Below, one piece after another: positions 17,657 through 17,657 of a stretch of 17,657 nucleotides of DNA. This DNA is from Calditrichaceae bacterium (GTDB lineage Bacteria; Calditrichota; Calditrichia; Calditrichales; JBFXGD01), in contig JBFXGD010000062.1 in NCBI GenBank assembly GCA_050178385.1, positions 1 through 17,657 on the forward strand, written 5' to 3'. The position numbers and the translations under genes are program-made. Under the pieces are notes generated by a model. That model was not told where the DNA came from. It saw only the letters and a program-made list of their open reading frames with translations, and did not search any database. Position 1 is the stretch's first letter, and every line of letters starts with the position of its first letter.

Positions 17657-17657
17657 A

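Overview
Bacterial chromosomal window of mostly housekeeping genes. Minus strand, left to right: gcvT (cut by the left edge), plsY, uvrA, a tandem-domain universal stress protein, an NtrC-family sigma54 activator, a degenerate histidine-kinase-like protein and gltX. These are followed by an MFS transporter (+), a DUF72 protein (-), an SDR (+), a TPR-rich lytic transglycosylase (-) and a cystathionine gamma-lyase/synthase-family gene (-, cut by the right edge). The standout is a ~1.6 kb AT-rich island (11066-12677). It holds a lone HUH/Y1 (IS200/IS605 TnpA- or RAYT-like) nuclease gene inside an array of seven same-orientation copies of a ~95-nt nested palindrome (TTTCTACTAAGGTT...AACCTTAGTAGAAA), with five copies upstream and two downstream. 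Repeat periods are 135-136 or 214 bp, there is no tnpB, and several substitutions are G-T/G-U compatible on the + strand. The second notable item is an apparent pseudokinase (H-box His replaced by Asn, ATP-binding boxes eroded) that is translationally coupled between gltX and an intact sigma54 activator.
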